Assembly (NCBI GenBank): GCA_048939725.1
Contig: JBHLPG010000016.1
Span: forward strand, 299 to 32,298
Direction of reading: 5' to 3'
Origin: Promethearchaeota archaeon
GTDB lineage: Archaea > Asgardarchaeota > Heimdallarchaeia > Hodarchaeales > Hodarchaeaceae
DNA length: 32,000 nt
Shown: positions 10,691-19,447 of the stretch, one piece after another
Layout of the letters: each line of letters starts with the position of its first letter
Position numbering within the stretch: the stretch's first letter is position 1
The notes under the pieces: model-generated
Database searches by the model: none
The model's input: only the letters and a program-made list of their open reading frames with translations
Told to the model about the DNA's origin: nothing
Program-made: the position numbers and the translations under genes

Positions 10691-10978
10691 TTAATAATCA
10701 ATTATAGTTTGGAGTTCAATTTCGCAATTGTCGATTTCTTCCAAAGCCATAAGCCGATCTTCATATTTTTGAAGTGTTTCTGTCCCCTCATCGGAGTCAA
10801 CTGTCTTCACAAAGAGTTTAATGGCATATAAACCAAAGAAAAGAGGTTCTTCTTCCCTTTTCAATACTTCTAGATCTAAACCAGCTCTCAATTCGGTTTG
10901 AGCGCGGGATACAATCTCATCACGATTAACTTCCGGAGATGTAGGAATAATCCTCAGAATTGACAGCACATTTGACAT
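10691..10978 (-). CDS. ef1b: Elongation factor 1-beta (aEF-1beta)
   Basis: 95 aa. The pattern L.I.P.SPEV...EEEPLFFGLYAIKLFV...D..G.T matches the aEF-1beta family pattern. It has the usual Zn-ribbon neighbour. Confidence 0.85.
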   Translation of the reverse strand: MSNVLSILRIIPTSPEVNRDEIVSRAQTELRAGLDLEVLKREEEPLFFGLYAIKLFVKTVDSDEGTETLQKYEDRLMALEEIDNCEIELQTIIDY

Positions 10979-11048
10979 GATTGATCCTCTCTGAACATTA
11001 ATTAAGGTAGAAGTTCTGATAAATGATATTCAATATAGCAAAATGACT

Positions 11049-11231
11049 TTAAGGCCCAGTAAATCCACAATTAGGACAGGTATATCGATTCCCTAATTTT
11101 CGACACCGCTCACAACGAATAATTGGGATCATTCCACAAGATGGACAAGGAAAACGGGTTGTTCCATGTTGACTGGGCATGACCGCAATTTGACATGGAT
11201 TACATCTTTGCATTCGAATGTTTTCGCTCAT
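11049..11231 (-). CDS. Four-CxxC double zinc-ribbon protein (COG2888 / HVO_2753-like)
   Basis: 60 aa with CNPC, CPSC, CERC and CPNC. It shows the conserved archaeal adjacency to aEF-1beta. Confidence 0.8.
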   Translation of the reverse strand: MSENIRMQRCNPCQIAVMPSQHGTTRFPCPSCGMIPIIRCERCRKLGNRYTCPNCGFTGP

Positions 11232-11384
11232 ATAGGGAACCTCTGAGTCTATTTGCCCTCCCCAGTAAAAATATAATAAAGTCTTCTCTTTGATTCAGTC
11301 CTTCATCAAGTTTTTCTCTAGCTCAGGAGAAATTTTGGTGCTTAAATAGAACTGGATGTAAGGACTTTAGGAAAGTAAATTAGA

Positions 11385-11813
11385 GTGAGAAGAATGGCAA
11401 CTTATGGTCATGTAACAGTAGCTAAAGATGGTGAATCCTCTTCTGCAGAAACGATTCAAAAGATTTTAGATAGGTTAGGCGCTGTTCAAGGGGTAGTGCA
11501 AGCTCTCCTGGTGAGTGAAGAAGGCTTTCCAATAATGAGTGCACGGACAACACCGATCTCTGAGGAAGTTGAGACTTTGGTCTCCGCCATGGTTGCTGGA
11601 ATTGTCAGCACATTCGCTGGGGCGTGTGTTCAACTTAATTTAGGCAACAATATAGATTACATTCATGTTCAGACCCCACTCGGTTTGGGTTTAATTTCTA
11701 GCATAGGAAGTACAATTCTCGTGCTGATTACAAACCCCAAAGTTAAGCTCGGATTAATGCACTATCTAATTACCTCAACGAGGACTAAGATGTTAAAATT
11801 AAGAGATTTCTGA
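11385..11813 (+). CDS. Roadblock/LC7 (MglB-like) domain protein
   Basis: ILDRLGAVQGVVQALLVSEEGFPIMSAR and a later G..LISSIGSTILVLI block fit the Roadblock/LC7 alpha-beta pattern. The start is GTG 11385 or ATG 11394. Confidence 0.75.
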   Translation: MRRMATYGHVTVAKDGESSSAETIQKILDRLGAVQGVVQALLVSEEGFPIMSARTTPISEEVETLVSAMVAGIVSTFAGACVQLNLGNNIDYIHVQTPLGLGLISSIGSTILVLITNPKVKLGLMHYLITSTRTKMLKLRDF

Positions 11814-11823
11814 TTAATAAAAG

Positions 11824-11843
11824 TTTTTTGGGGGGTTTTTTTT
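11824..11843 (+). terminator. Oligo-T tract (T6 G6 T8), candidate archaeal terminator after the Roadblock gene
   Basis: TTTTTTGGGGGGTTTTTTTT begins 11 nt after the stop codon. Archaeal termination commonly uses oligo-T runs. Confidence 0.45.
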
Positions 11844-11917
11844 AAAAAGAGGGGCAAGTATAACGCAAATTTGTTTTTAAGAAAAACTAATTTGATTTAT
11901 AATCGCTTCTATATTCA

Positions 11918-12415
11918 GTGATTCATAATAAAAGTGAATTTGGTGAGTTTTTATTGCCCCTTAAGGAGTCTGATTTAGTACTACGTCCTTTAGATTGTAA
12001 GGTTGGAGGAATGGAACCAATCTGTATTCTTGATCCTGATCATCCGTGCTGTGAGGATGTTCCTCGCGAAGAAATCATGTTTGAAGACGGTCAATTAGTT
12101 AAAAAGGGCAACTCTGCAATTGTATCCCTTAAACTTCATTTTAACGATCCAGTTGAAGTATTTATTTTTGACAGAATACGAAATGAGTTATGGCGGGACG
12201 CTGGATCTCGACTAAAAGTCATCCGAGAACCAGAGGAGGGATATCAAATCTCTTTTTTTCTCAATACCGAAATGGTGGCAAATATTGAACAGCGAGAGAC
12301 ATTAATTGACTATTGGGAGAAATTTAGCACAGAAATGCGTCGAGTCTTAACAGATGGAAAAATGGTCATTAATAAATATGTTCGGAGTAAAGCCGAAGCT
12401 TCTCGCCTCAGCTAG
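11918..12415 (+). CDS. Hypothetical protein (Cys cluster DHPCCED), no recognised family
   Basis: 165-aa ORF with coding-like composition. GTG start; the first in-frame ATG is at codon 32, so the 5' end is uncertain. Confidence 0.55.
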   Translation: MIHNKSEFGEFLLPLKESDLVLRPLDCKVGGMEPICILDPDHPCCEDVPREEIMFEDGQLVKKGNSAIVSLKLHFNDPVEVFIFDRIRNELWRDAGSRLKVIREPEEGYQISFFLNTEMVANIEQRETLIDYWEKFSTEMRRVLTDGKMVINKYVRSKAEASRLS

Positions 12416-12515
12416 ATGATATTATTCTCCTTAAAGGGTAGCTAGTTCATTAGATACAAATCTCATTCATGAAAATATTGCAGAATAAAAAAAAAGAAGT
12501 GTAAATTATCTAATT

Positions 12516-12974
12516 TTAAGCTGCAGCGTCATAATCAGTACTGTATAAGGGATCCTGAACATCATCCCCAATTTTATACTCTACTTTTATCCTTAAAACC
12601 GCAGTGTCGACAGGTTCCGCAAAATTATAAGTTATATCAATTTTTGATTGACCAGTAGTTATAGTAAACGGGAAAGTTGTCGTACTGTTAGCATTAGTAA
12701 TAGGGATTTCATTTGCTTGAATTTCTATTTTTGTAATTGTTACTGTTTTTGATAATTCATTTGTTAAAGTGAATACTAATTTGTCATGTGTACCATTTTC
12801 ATCTATATCAGAAAATTTGACCGAGCTAAATTTCAATTCTCCTGATGATTCAATCATTGGTAGTACAATAACAAATAAAACCGCACCTGCGGCTACAGCA
12901 AGTCCAATCAGTAGAATTGCAGCCAGAATGGGGCTAACTGCACGTTTTTTTCGCAATAGTTTGTGGATTTTCAT
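12516..12974 (-). CDS. Archaeal type IV pilin-like protein (class III signal peptide, DUF1628-like)
   Basis: The N-terminus KKRAVSPILAAILLIGLAVAAGAVLFVIVL resembles the archaeal prepilin/archaellin-type signal (basic residues, small residue, then a hydrophobic helix). The mature part is Thr/Asn-rich. Confidence 0.75.
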   Translation of the reverse strand: MKIHKLLRKKRAVSPILAAILLIGLAVAAGAVLFVIVLPMIESSGELKFSSVKFSDIDENGTHDKLVFTLTNELSKTVTITKIEIQANEIPITNANSTTTFPFTITTGQSKIDITYNFAEPVDTAVLRIKVEYKIGDDVQDPLYSTDYDAAA

Positions 12975-13195
12975 GATAGATTTATCTCCATCTTTTTTTC
13001 ATAATTTTTGATGAGTCAATTATTGACTTTGAAAAACATAATTAACATATTACTTAAACTTTTCATAATATCATGATGTTATTTATTTCGTAGCATAAAT
13101 AATATGCTTTTAATCATACCTACTCTCATATTAAGTTATGATTGATATTCACTAGCGTTTTATTAACAAATTAATATACAAAGGAAGCACATTCT

Positions 13196-13717
13196 CTATT
13201 TTAGTTGCAAAATATTCACATGTGGCCTCAATTTACTCATTGTTTGTTCAAGTGTCTCAACCAACACTCTGGTTTCTAATATTTCCATGAAATTAAAATC
13301 TCCTGAGTAACGTGGAACGATGTGCCAGTGGATATGGTCGATGCTGCCTCCAGCGATTTTTCCAAGATTCAAACCAATATTAAAAGCTGTTGGTTGGTGT
13401 GTGTGTTTCAAAAGCTTAATCCCTCTTTGTAGCAAAACAGTCAGATGAAAAGCAACTTCAGTTGGTATTTCCTCAAATAAGTTGTAGTGCTCAATTGGAG
13501 CAATTAAAAGGTGACCAGGATTATAGGGAAAACGGTTGAGTAAAATCATGATGTGGTCGTCACGAAAAACTTCCCAGGCTTCTATTCCTGGAGTTTTTTG
13601 GGCAATAGCGCATAGAAAGCACTGATTAGGATCCTTCCTACGTTTAACATATTCAATCTTCCATGGGGCTGTAAGATAAGACTGAAATAAAGGATTGGAC
13701 ATTGTAGCATTCCTCAA
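13196..13717 (-). CDS. HIT (histidine triad) family nucleotide hydrolase/transferase
   Basis: The histidine triad HIHWHIVPR is present near the C-terminus. The N-terminal APWKIEYV...CFLC resembles the Ap4A-phosphorylase/GalT-like HIT branch. Confidence 0.8.
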   Translation of the reverse strand: MRNATMSNPLFQSYLTAPWKIEYVKRRKDPNQCFLCAIAQKTPGIEAWEVFRDDHIMILLNRFPYNPGHLLIAPIEHYNLFEEIPTEVAFHLTVLLQRGIKLLKHTHQPTAFNIGLNLGKIAGGSIDHIHWHIVPRYSGDFNFMEILETRVLVETLEQTMSKLRPHVNILQLK

Positions 13718-13843
13718 TAATACATGATGAATTTTAATATAGATAATTATTCCGAATATCTTGTTTTACAGATTGCGGAACATTGATTCGGAAAGATTTT
13801 TTTTATTTGTTTAAGAATGTTGTCATAATGGTGCGAGCAGAGC

Positions 13844-15331
13844 ATGCATTGGCAAAAACGAATACATTCTAGAAGAACACTAATAGGATTATTTTTAATA
13901 GCTGGAACTGTTGTAATAAGTATCACTCTGCCAATGATGGGAAATATAGGAGATGGAGAACCAGAGAAAGGAACAATAGCTGTTTTTTTTGGCTCTACTA
14001 CGGATAAAAAATTAAGTGAAGAAGTTATCGAAGTTACAGGATTATCAGCACGGTATTACAATATTTCTAAAATCCAGAAGAAGAAATCATTTGAATTTGA
14101 GAATGAAAGCATTGCAGCAATTTGGTGGATCAATGAGCTCCCATTACCTATAGATTTAACATTCATGGGTGAATTTAGCGAATGGAGAGATGCAGACAAA
14201 GGACTATTTGTGCTGAATCGTTATTTTAATCAAACACCACTTCAATATTTGAAGAATTTTGGCATAACATCTTACACCCCAATAGTTTACCCTCTTAATG
14301 GATCATTTGTAAAACAAGAGCTGAATATTTTAGAAACCACAGACCCTCTTTTAACTTTAAACACAACAACTCTAGAAGTCATTTGTAGTACTGCATGGGT
14401 AGAGATTGATAATCAAACACAGATGTTGCTAGAGGTTAAAAAACCTGAAAATGAACCGTTTTTGAATAATTTGACCTCGGGTATTTGGATTGCAGACAGG
14501 CGTGTCATTATCGGCACTCTCTCGATCGAACTTCCTTTAGATATTGGAGAATCTCCAATCAATTTTCATGAGATGAATCAAATTACTTCTGAGGAGGTTA
14601 TTGATCTTCTAGGTCAGATCCTCCAATTAACAATACGGAGTTTACCTTCTGATAATGGCATTCAAATTCAGTTCGGAGATCTGAACCAAGTAATTGCGAT
14701 AAGTTTTGTTGTGTTTGCGAGTATTTTATCATTCTTTGTTTTGTTGAAAGTAGGGATTTTTTCCAGAATTCGTGATATTTTGGTGGGATTTTTCTTAAGT
14801 TTATTCTTATTTGTTGCCCATATTGCTTATTCACCTCAAAGAAGACGGATTAACGAGACTGAACTCCTAGAAAATGAATTACGGGGCCAGATTGTAGGTT
14901 TCCTGGAGGCGAAAGGAGAACAAGGAGCTCATTTACGAGAAATACAGCGAGAAGTGGGGTGTGGCATCTCCTCCCTATTGTGGCATTTACAGGCGTTAGA
15001 TGATTTCAATTTGATCACCCATGAGAAAATTGGCAAGTACCATATTTTTTACCTTGTGGGGGCAAAATCTGTTCAAATATCAGAGATTGCACTGGCTTTG
15101 AAAAGCGATGTAGCTAAGGAGCTCTGTCGTGTTTTAATAAGGAAAGGAAAACCTTTAACATTAACAAAAATTTCACAAGAGATTGATGTACACCATTCAA
15201 GTATTCAACATCATATTAAAAGATTGGAAGAGTTAGGTATAATAATTTCCTTAAAAGAAAAAAAGAGGTCAAAGTATACAATTGGTCCGAAGCGCTTATC
15301 TTGGTTAAAAAGTCATTTGGAGGTGGCTTGA
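13844..15331 (+). CDS. Membrane-anchored protein: N-terminal TM, about 250-aa extracytoplasmic domain, two TMs, two cytoplasmic winged-helix (ArsR-like) DNA-binding domains
   Basis: Hydrophobic segments lie at aa 12-31, 283-302 and 311-329. The ectodomain has several N-x-S/T sequons. wHTH-like blocks are LRGQIVGFLEAKGEQGAHLREIQREVGCGISSLLWHLQALDDFNLI and VAKELCRVLIRKGKPLTLTKISQEIDVHHSSIQHHIKRLEELGII. Confidence 0.7.
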   Translation: MHWQKRIHSRRTLIGLFLIAGTVVISITLPMMGNIGDGEPEKGTIAVFFGSTTDKKLSEEVIEVTGLSARYYNISKIQKKKSFEFENESIAAIWWINELPLPIDLTFMGEFSEWRDADKGLFVLNRYFNQTPLQYLKNFGITSYTPIVYPLNGSFVKQELNILETTDPLLTLNTTTLEVICSTAWVEIDNQTQMLLEVKKPENEPFLNNLTSGIWIADRRVIIGTLSIELPLDIGESPINFHEMNQITSEEVIDLLGQILQLTIRSLPSDNGIQIQFGDLNQVIAISFVVFASILSFFVLLKVGIFSRIRDILVGFFLSLFLFVAHIAYSPQRRRINETELLENELRGQIVGFLEAKGEQGAHLREIQREVGCGISSLLWHLQALDDFNLITHEKIGKYHIFYLVGAKSVQISEIALALKSDVAKELCRVLIRKGKPLTLTKISQEIDVHHSSIQHHIKRLEELGIIISLKEKKRSKYTIGPKRLSWLKSHLEVA

Positions 15332-16954
15332 TTGAGGATACGAAATCAATCGATTTGGAAAACATGGATTTTTTGTGTCTCCTTAATCTTGATCTCTATA
15401 GGCAGTAGTGTTTCCGCTGTGGAAAGTTCAGATTATCAACCACTTCTATTTGGTTCATTTTTTGATAGTAGTTTATTTGGGATTCAATTTAATTACAATC
15501 CCAATGCTCCAGAGGATCAAAAAATCCTTTTAGTCACTGATTTAGTTAATCAAACTTCTCTAGCTACTCCTACTAATTATCACAATATCATTAGCCTAGT
15601 TGGACATGAGGATAAGGGGATAAAATCTGCATTCCTAGCATTGGAAAGATTTAACCGCACGATAATTGATTTAATCAGTTGGCAAGCCATCGTCCCGTTT
15701 ATTAAGTATTTACATCATTTTTCGCTCCCTAGCGGGGAGGATGTGGTCTTAGGGCAAGATTTTCTTGGAATTGCATTAAAGATCAAAGAAAGTGAGATTT
15801 ATCCAGCAGAGTATCAACTTGGTTATGCAAATGTTCCATTGACCTTTCTGGAACTTTTGATACCTGATGGTTATAATTCCTCTTTAACCTCCTCTGTAGG
15901 GACCTCTATCAGGATCCAAGAAAGCATTAACGAGCTTCAAATCGATTTTACATATTCTAATTTAACCTTTCTTTTCCAAGGGAGTAGTATAGATTTAAAT
16001 ACTCTATCTGGACTAAGAATAGTTGAGAATGTGATCCTAGCTCAATTTGACAAAATTACATTCTCGATCTTTTTTAGAAAATACTCACATCATGAAATAT
16101 CAGGCGTTGAAACTATTTCTAAAGTGTCCATAGGTACCGTTATGAATTTAATCATTAATGAGGAGCTTCCAACGAGTGTAAGTTGGATAAATGCAATTGA
16201 CTATGAGATCGAAGAAAACTTTCAAGATTTAGAGTTTCCTATTCATGAAGTATTCTCGTGGTATCAAGGCTCGGATATAAAACGGAGATTAGAGCTTTTT
16301 AAAGATATTTCATTTTCTTTTATAACAAGTCAAAACGTTGGGATTTTAAGCAATACCCAACCGAAAGAAGATATTCAAATTGTCATTGATGGGAACAATA
16401 GGACACCAAATGAGCTTGAGAAAAAGGATTTTCCAGTAAAAGAAGAAATTACATTAATTCATAACATGTCTCAAGTATTTTCAACGAAGGTAAAAGGGCG
16501 AAACTTCGCAATCCAACATGAAAATGTCCCAGACAAAATTTCCTTAATTCCGATGGAAACTCAAGTAATTGCATTAAATCAACACGATGGATTTGCAGGT
16601 AATCGGCTATTCATACAAGAAACATCGTTACTAAAAGAATTGGTTGCTGAATGTGTGAAATGTTTCATACCTGAGATGTCTGCATTGGGAACTGGCGAAA
16701 TAATTAACGCTGCAGGATTAGATCTTACTTCAGCGCAATATATTCAAGATCTTCAAATAAACAATTGGTCTGGCTTACAGTTCACTTTTAATTTACTACA
16801 ATTCGCAGTGAAAACAGCCCCCTCAGCCCCTATGAAATCTAGTTCTGGTAAAATAACACCTATACCAGCATTTCACTCTTTTTTAGGTGTCTTAATTGTT
16901 TATGTGGTTTTAAAGAAAGGAAAATCAATAAAAAGGAATTATAACAAAAACTAG
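15332..16954 (+). CDS. Secreted/surface protein with signal peptide and C-terminal TM anchor; paralog of the next gene
   Basis: The TTG start immediately abuts the upstream TGA. The signal peptide is WIFCVSLILISIGSSVSAVES. The C-terminus PIPAFHSFLGVLIVYVVLKKGK is a TM followed by a basic tail. It shares motifs with the 17324 protein at identical offsets. Confidence 0.7.
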   Translation: MRIRNQSIWKTWIFCVSLILISIGSSVSAVESSDYQPLLFGSFFDSSLFGIQFNYNPNAPEDQKILLVTDLVNQTSLATPTNYHNIISLVGHEDKGIKSAFLALERFNRTIIDLISWQAIVPFIKYLHHFSLPSGEDVVLGQDFLGIALKIKESEIYPAEYQLGYANVPLTFLELLIPDGYNSSLTSSVGTSIRIQESINELQIDFTYSNLTFLFQGSSIDLNTLSGLRIVENVILAQFDKITFSIFFRKYSHHEISGVETISKVSIGTVMNLIINEELPTSVSWINAIDYEIEENFQDLEFPIHEVFSWYQGSDIKRRLELFKDISFSFITSQNVGILSNTQPKEDIQIVIDGNNRTPNELEKKDFPVKEEITLIHNMSQVFSTKVKGRNFAIQHENVPDKISLIPMETQVIALNQHDGFAGNRLFIQETSLLKELVAECVKCFIPEMSALGTGEIINAAGLDLTSAQYIQDLQINNWSGLQFTFNLLQFAVKTAPSAPMKSSSGKITPIPAFHSFLGVLIVYVVLKKGKSIKRNYNKN

Positions 16955-17323
16955 AAGAAATTTTTTAGTTTTTAAGAAGTAAATGGCCGAATTAAAAATT
17001 AATCATAAGTTAATTGCTTTAGAAGGATTGAAAATTATTCTAAACTCACTTAGTCTAATAGAAAGCGAATAATGAGTTATAAAAATATCAATCAGATTTT
17101 AAAAAAATATACTGATTAAGTATCCTGATTTTTAACTTTAAATCGGAATTTTATCAAATTTAGAAGATTTTTATACTTTTTTTGGCGGATTTTTGTTTCG
17201 CACATTTTTTTAAAGGATGATGAATGCATAGTTCTTAGACTTTGTATCTGACTCTTGATACTCGTCAAAACGCAATGAGAGGAGTTTCAGAGTCGAGGAT
17301 ACGATTAAAGGTGATTTGAAGAA

Positions 17324-19135
17324 ATGAAAAAGAAACTTCTTATGGGGATATCAGTAATAACCTTACTGACGCTCCTTATCTTTACTTCTCCAGCACAAGC
17401 TGTCGATGTTGCAGATTTTGCTGGCCATAATTTTGCAGAAGAATATTTTGCGATTGAAGTGGATCTTGTCGGTGACGGGACTAGTGTCTTTGACCCTGAT
17501 CCTGAAAATCCTGATTTAATTAACGATCTTATAGGTACAGCGACACCAACAGGAGATTCTAATCCTTTAGAAGATGAACAATTCTACCTCGCATATATGA
17601 ATATGTCAGGTATTGAGACTGCTTTCTCTGCGTTAGAGAAATTTGAGCATACGATAACCCTTCAAGATCTATTAACAGATGATGTATATACAACGATCGA
17701 TACTCTTGGCACACCAGACATGAAGACAGCTATAAACACCCCAATCTCTCATATCAATGCTACTGCTCCCTTTCAACAGTTAGTTCAACATTATACAACC
17801 TCTGAAGAACATGGTTTCAAAGATGTCTTTGTTACGAATAACTTCATGGCTCTAATAGCTTACGAAACAGGAACAGGCGATGATCCTAATATTATGGATA
17901 AAAATGACCGGCTTTATATAGGCTATACTTTTTGTCTCCAAAATTTAACCGATGCTATTAACGATATCATTGCACCAACCTATGAACTGGGACATTTTGA
18001 TTATGAAGCTGATTTTGAAACAACAGCTACAGGTTTCGAATTTGGCATCACTTATACGAATTTATTTGTATTATGGCAAGCTATTGATATTGCACCAAAA
18101 GGTGTTGATGTCACTGGTGCTGGTGAACAATATATCAGAGACGATACAAATGGTATTATATATGGTGGACACATTGCTGCAGCTTCAGTCCTTGATTATC
18201 TTGCATTTAATTATGTGTTTGAAACAACCGAATTTACAGGTGCAAACCGATATATCGAAGGAACAGTTACAACTCATTATGATATTGGTGAAACCAACTT
18301 CCTTGTAACTCGTGACAATGCAGCCTATATCGCAGATCATGCTGATAATTGGACTCACAATCCATTCACAGAAACCCCTACGTATACTTTAGATATTCCT
18401 GATGCTATTGCTGATGCTAATCTCGGACTTCTCGGCCTTCCTGATATTCCATCGTCTGTAACAATATCATTACCAGAGTTAGCATTCTATTTCGATGATG
18501 ACGCTAAAACACGTATAAAAATGCATGGTGGTTTTGGATTGACAGTAGCAACTGCAACAACCACTTTTGGGGTTGATGTTGTCGAACCAGAATACGAACT
18601 AGTAGGAGAGGATATCAACCTCAATATGGGTGGAAAAACTTACTTCTTTACCGAATTTACAGGTAAAAATACGTACAAACTTAAAGGACTAGAGGATCTT
18701 TGGGGTATCGACCCTAATCTTGATCGGCCTGTATATATCCTTCCTTTCGATCCAAGTGGCTGGACTATTACTGGTGTAGCTAAAGCATATTTTATAGTTG
18801 AATTCGCGTTGGCTTATGGTTTTACATTGTTCATGGCTAAACAATTAGGAGAATTTATGTCAATGTCTTCGAGTGCCACAGCTTACGTCTCAGTAGACTT
18901 ACTTTACTTTACATTCACTGAATTTCCAGAATGGTATGGTGGAGAAATTATCCACGATCCTGCATATTCTGCTGTTGCTGCGATGGCTGCTGAACCCCCA
19001 GAATCAAGCTCGATACCAGAAGAGTCAAGCGAAGAACCAGAACAACCAAGTGATGGAGTTCCAGGATTCGAGATACTCTCCGTGTTACTAGGCATTCTCC
19101 CTCTATATGCGTTGTATCGAAAACGACGACACTAA
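17324..19135 (+). CDS. Secreted acidic surface protein with Sec signal peptide and PGF-CTERM-like anchor
   Basis: MKKKLLMGISVITLLTLLIFTSPAQA|VD is a classic signal peptide. A C-terminal S/E/P-rich linker is followed by PGFEILSVLLGILPLYALYRKRRH. Confidence 0.8.
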   Translation: MKKKLLMGISVITLLTLLIFTSPAQAVDVADFAGHNFAEEYFAIEVDLVGDGTSVFDPDPENPDLINDLIGTATPTGDSNPLEDEQFYLAYMNMSGIETAFSALEKFEHTITLQDLLTDDVYTTIDTLGTPDMKTAINTPISHINATAPFQQLVQHYTTSEEHGFKDVFVTNNFMALIAYETGTGDDPNIMDKNDRLYIGYTFCLQNLTDAINDIIAPTYELGHFDYEADFETTATGFEFGITYTNLFVLWQAIDIAPKGVDVTGAGEQYIRDDTNGIIYGGHIAAASVLDYLAFNYVFETTEFTGANRYIEGTVTTHYDIGETNFLVTRDNAAYIADHADNWTHNPFTETPTYTLDIPDAIADANLGLLGLPDIPSSVTISLPELAFYFDDDAKTRIKMHGGFGLTVATATTTFGVDVVEPEYELVGEDINLNMGGKTYFFTEFTGKNTYKLKGLEDLWGIDPNLDRPVYILPFDPSGWTITGVAKAYFIVEFALAYGFTLFMAKQLGEFMSMSSSATAYVSVDLLYFTFTEFPEWYGGEIIHDPAYSAVAAMAAEPPESSSIPEESSEEPEQPSDGVPGFEILSVLLGILPLYALYRKRRH

Positions 19136-19148
19136 ACTCCCCTTTCTC

Positions 19149-19163
19149 TTTTTTTCTTTTTTT
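19149..19163 (+). terminator. Oligo-T tracts (T7 C T7), candidate terminator
   Basis: TTTTTTTCTTTTTTT begins 14 nt after the stop at 19135. Confidence 0.45.
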
Positions 19164-19447
19164 CAGAATAATTATTATTGAATCTAAGTTTTTTAAGCCT
19201 TATTTTTATTTAAATCAATCTTGATGGATTATATCAGGATTGGAGAATTCAGAGACTTTTTAGACATAGTAGAAAATTAAACACTTTCTGTTACCTAGAT
19301 GAAAAATGGTTTTTAGGAATAATTTTAAATTTACATAAAAAGAACATAATAATAATTTTTAATGCATAATATAAAAAGGAATGAATATACTTCAATTACT
19401 ACAGAGGATCAGTTTAGCGTAAACCATTTTCAGTAGGATGAAAAATC

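Noticed and set aside
16983-17072. 29-aa ORF (MAELKINHKLIALEGLKIILNSLSLIESE) in the 370-bp spacer
   Set aside because: It is too short, has no recognisable signal and sits in a promoter-like AT-rich spacer. Coding cannot be supported from sequence alone.
17215-17250. GATGATGA ... CTGA in the 5' spacer of the 603-aa surface protein gene, as another C/D box candidate
   Set aside because: The boxes are only about 25 nt apart, which is too short for a C/D sRNA.
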